The notes below the pieces were generated by a model, which searched no databases, was not told the DNA's origin, and saw only the letters and a program-made list of their open reading frames with translations. Shown here piece after piece: positions 63,361-64,000 of a stretch of 64,000 nt of DNA. How positions within the stretch are numbered: position 1 is the first letter of the stretch; each line of letters starts with the position of its first letter. Where the stretch lies: assembly GCA_013239625.1 (NCBI GenBank), contig MU056050.1:6209366-6273365 (forward strand). Reading direction: 5' to 3'. The translations under genes were made by a program, and so were the position numbers. Source of the DNA: Lama guanicoe. Lineage: Eukaryota.

Positions 63361-64000
63361 TCTGACAAGAATCCAGGTTTTCCAAACAGCATAAGCACCC
63401 GTAGGCTAGGGAGCCAGGGAACAAGAAGAAATTGTGCAATAAAGACTGAAAATGAGAGCTTTCTGAGCTCTCTGCCTTCTTTTGATTCCAAGGAAATTAA
63501 GTCCTGAGGATCCAAAGGCTCAAGACCGATGCTTTACGAGGGCCTCTTGGGAGCCTGAGAGTTATTGGGAAACCTAGTCACCTCTCTTCTTCCTGGAGTA
63601 AGGGAAACCACTCAAGAGCGCCTGTTCTTCTACCCACTCCGCTCCTCACACCTTCTCTAGACAAGGAGTCAGGATGGGTCAGATTCTAGTACAATCTATT
63701 AGACCGCCTGCTCGAGGGCTGGCTCACCTTGCACATATGATACTGCATTCACGGACACAGCATTCTCTCCCGCTGCTTCCGGCCTCTGGGCAGCTGACAG
63801 GGTAAACCGACTATCCTGCTCTTTCTCCCCAACACAATGCCAGGTCTAGGGTCACTACCCAGCAGTCTAGGCCTCTCTTTGGAAATGGGATTTCTTGGTT
63901 GGGACTTTGAAATTTTCCATGACACTTTCATTTCTCTGTGGAAAATTGACAATACGAGAGGTTCCATATAGAGACTCGGGGGCTTTCTGTCACGTTTGGA

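Noticed and set aside
1..64000. CRISPR arrays, prokaryotic operons or defence systems, rRNA genes
   Set aside because: The sequence is mammalian repeat-rich DNA; I saw no regular repeat-spacer array, dense ORFs or rRNA similarity.

Overview
Mammalian non-coding DNA (intergenic or deep intronic), most likely camelid. The basis is tRNA-derived Vic-1-type SINEs and L1 3' ends finishing in CTGACTATACTTCAAT-poly(A); I saw no Alu, Bov-tA or PRE-1 SINEs. I found no recognisable host protein-coding exon. The ORF-track entries I can recognise are decayed LINE-1 ORF1/ORF2 pieces or microsatellite artefacts. The window is dense with repeats: L1, L2, L3/CR1, MIR, MLT1/MLT2, ERV LTRs and MER DNA transposons. 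Three highlights: (1) a heavily decayed pol gene of an ancient LTR retroelement (RT, probable RNase H, integrase) at about 61.3-63.4 kb, missed by the ORF track and visible only across frameshifts, together with several MamGypLTR-like LTRs elsewhere in the window; (2) an inversion of about 1.2 kb (4104-5306) reconstructed from split L1 elements; (3) a full-length, near-perfect U6 snRNA retrocopy with poly(A) and a 14-bp TSD. Repeat family names come from my recollection of consensus sequences, not from a database search. Repeat boundaries are approximate unless a TSD is quoted.
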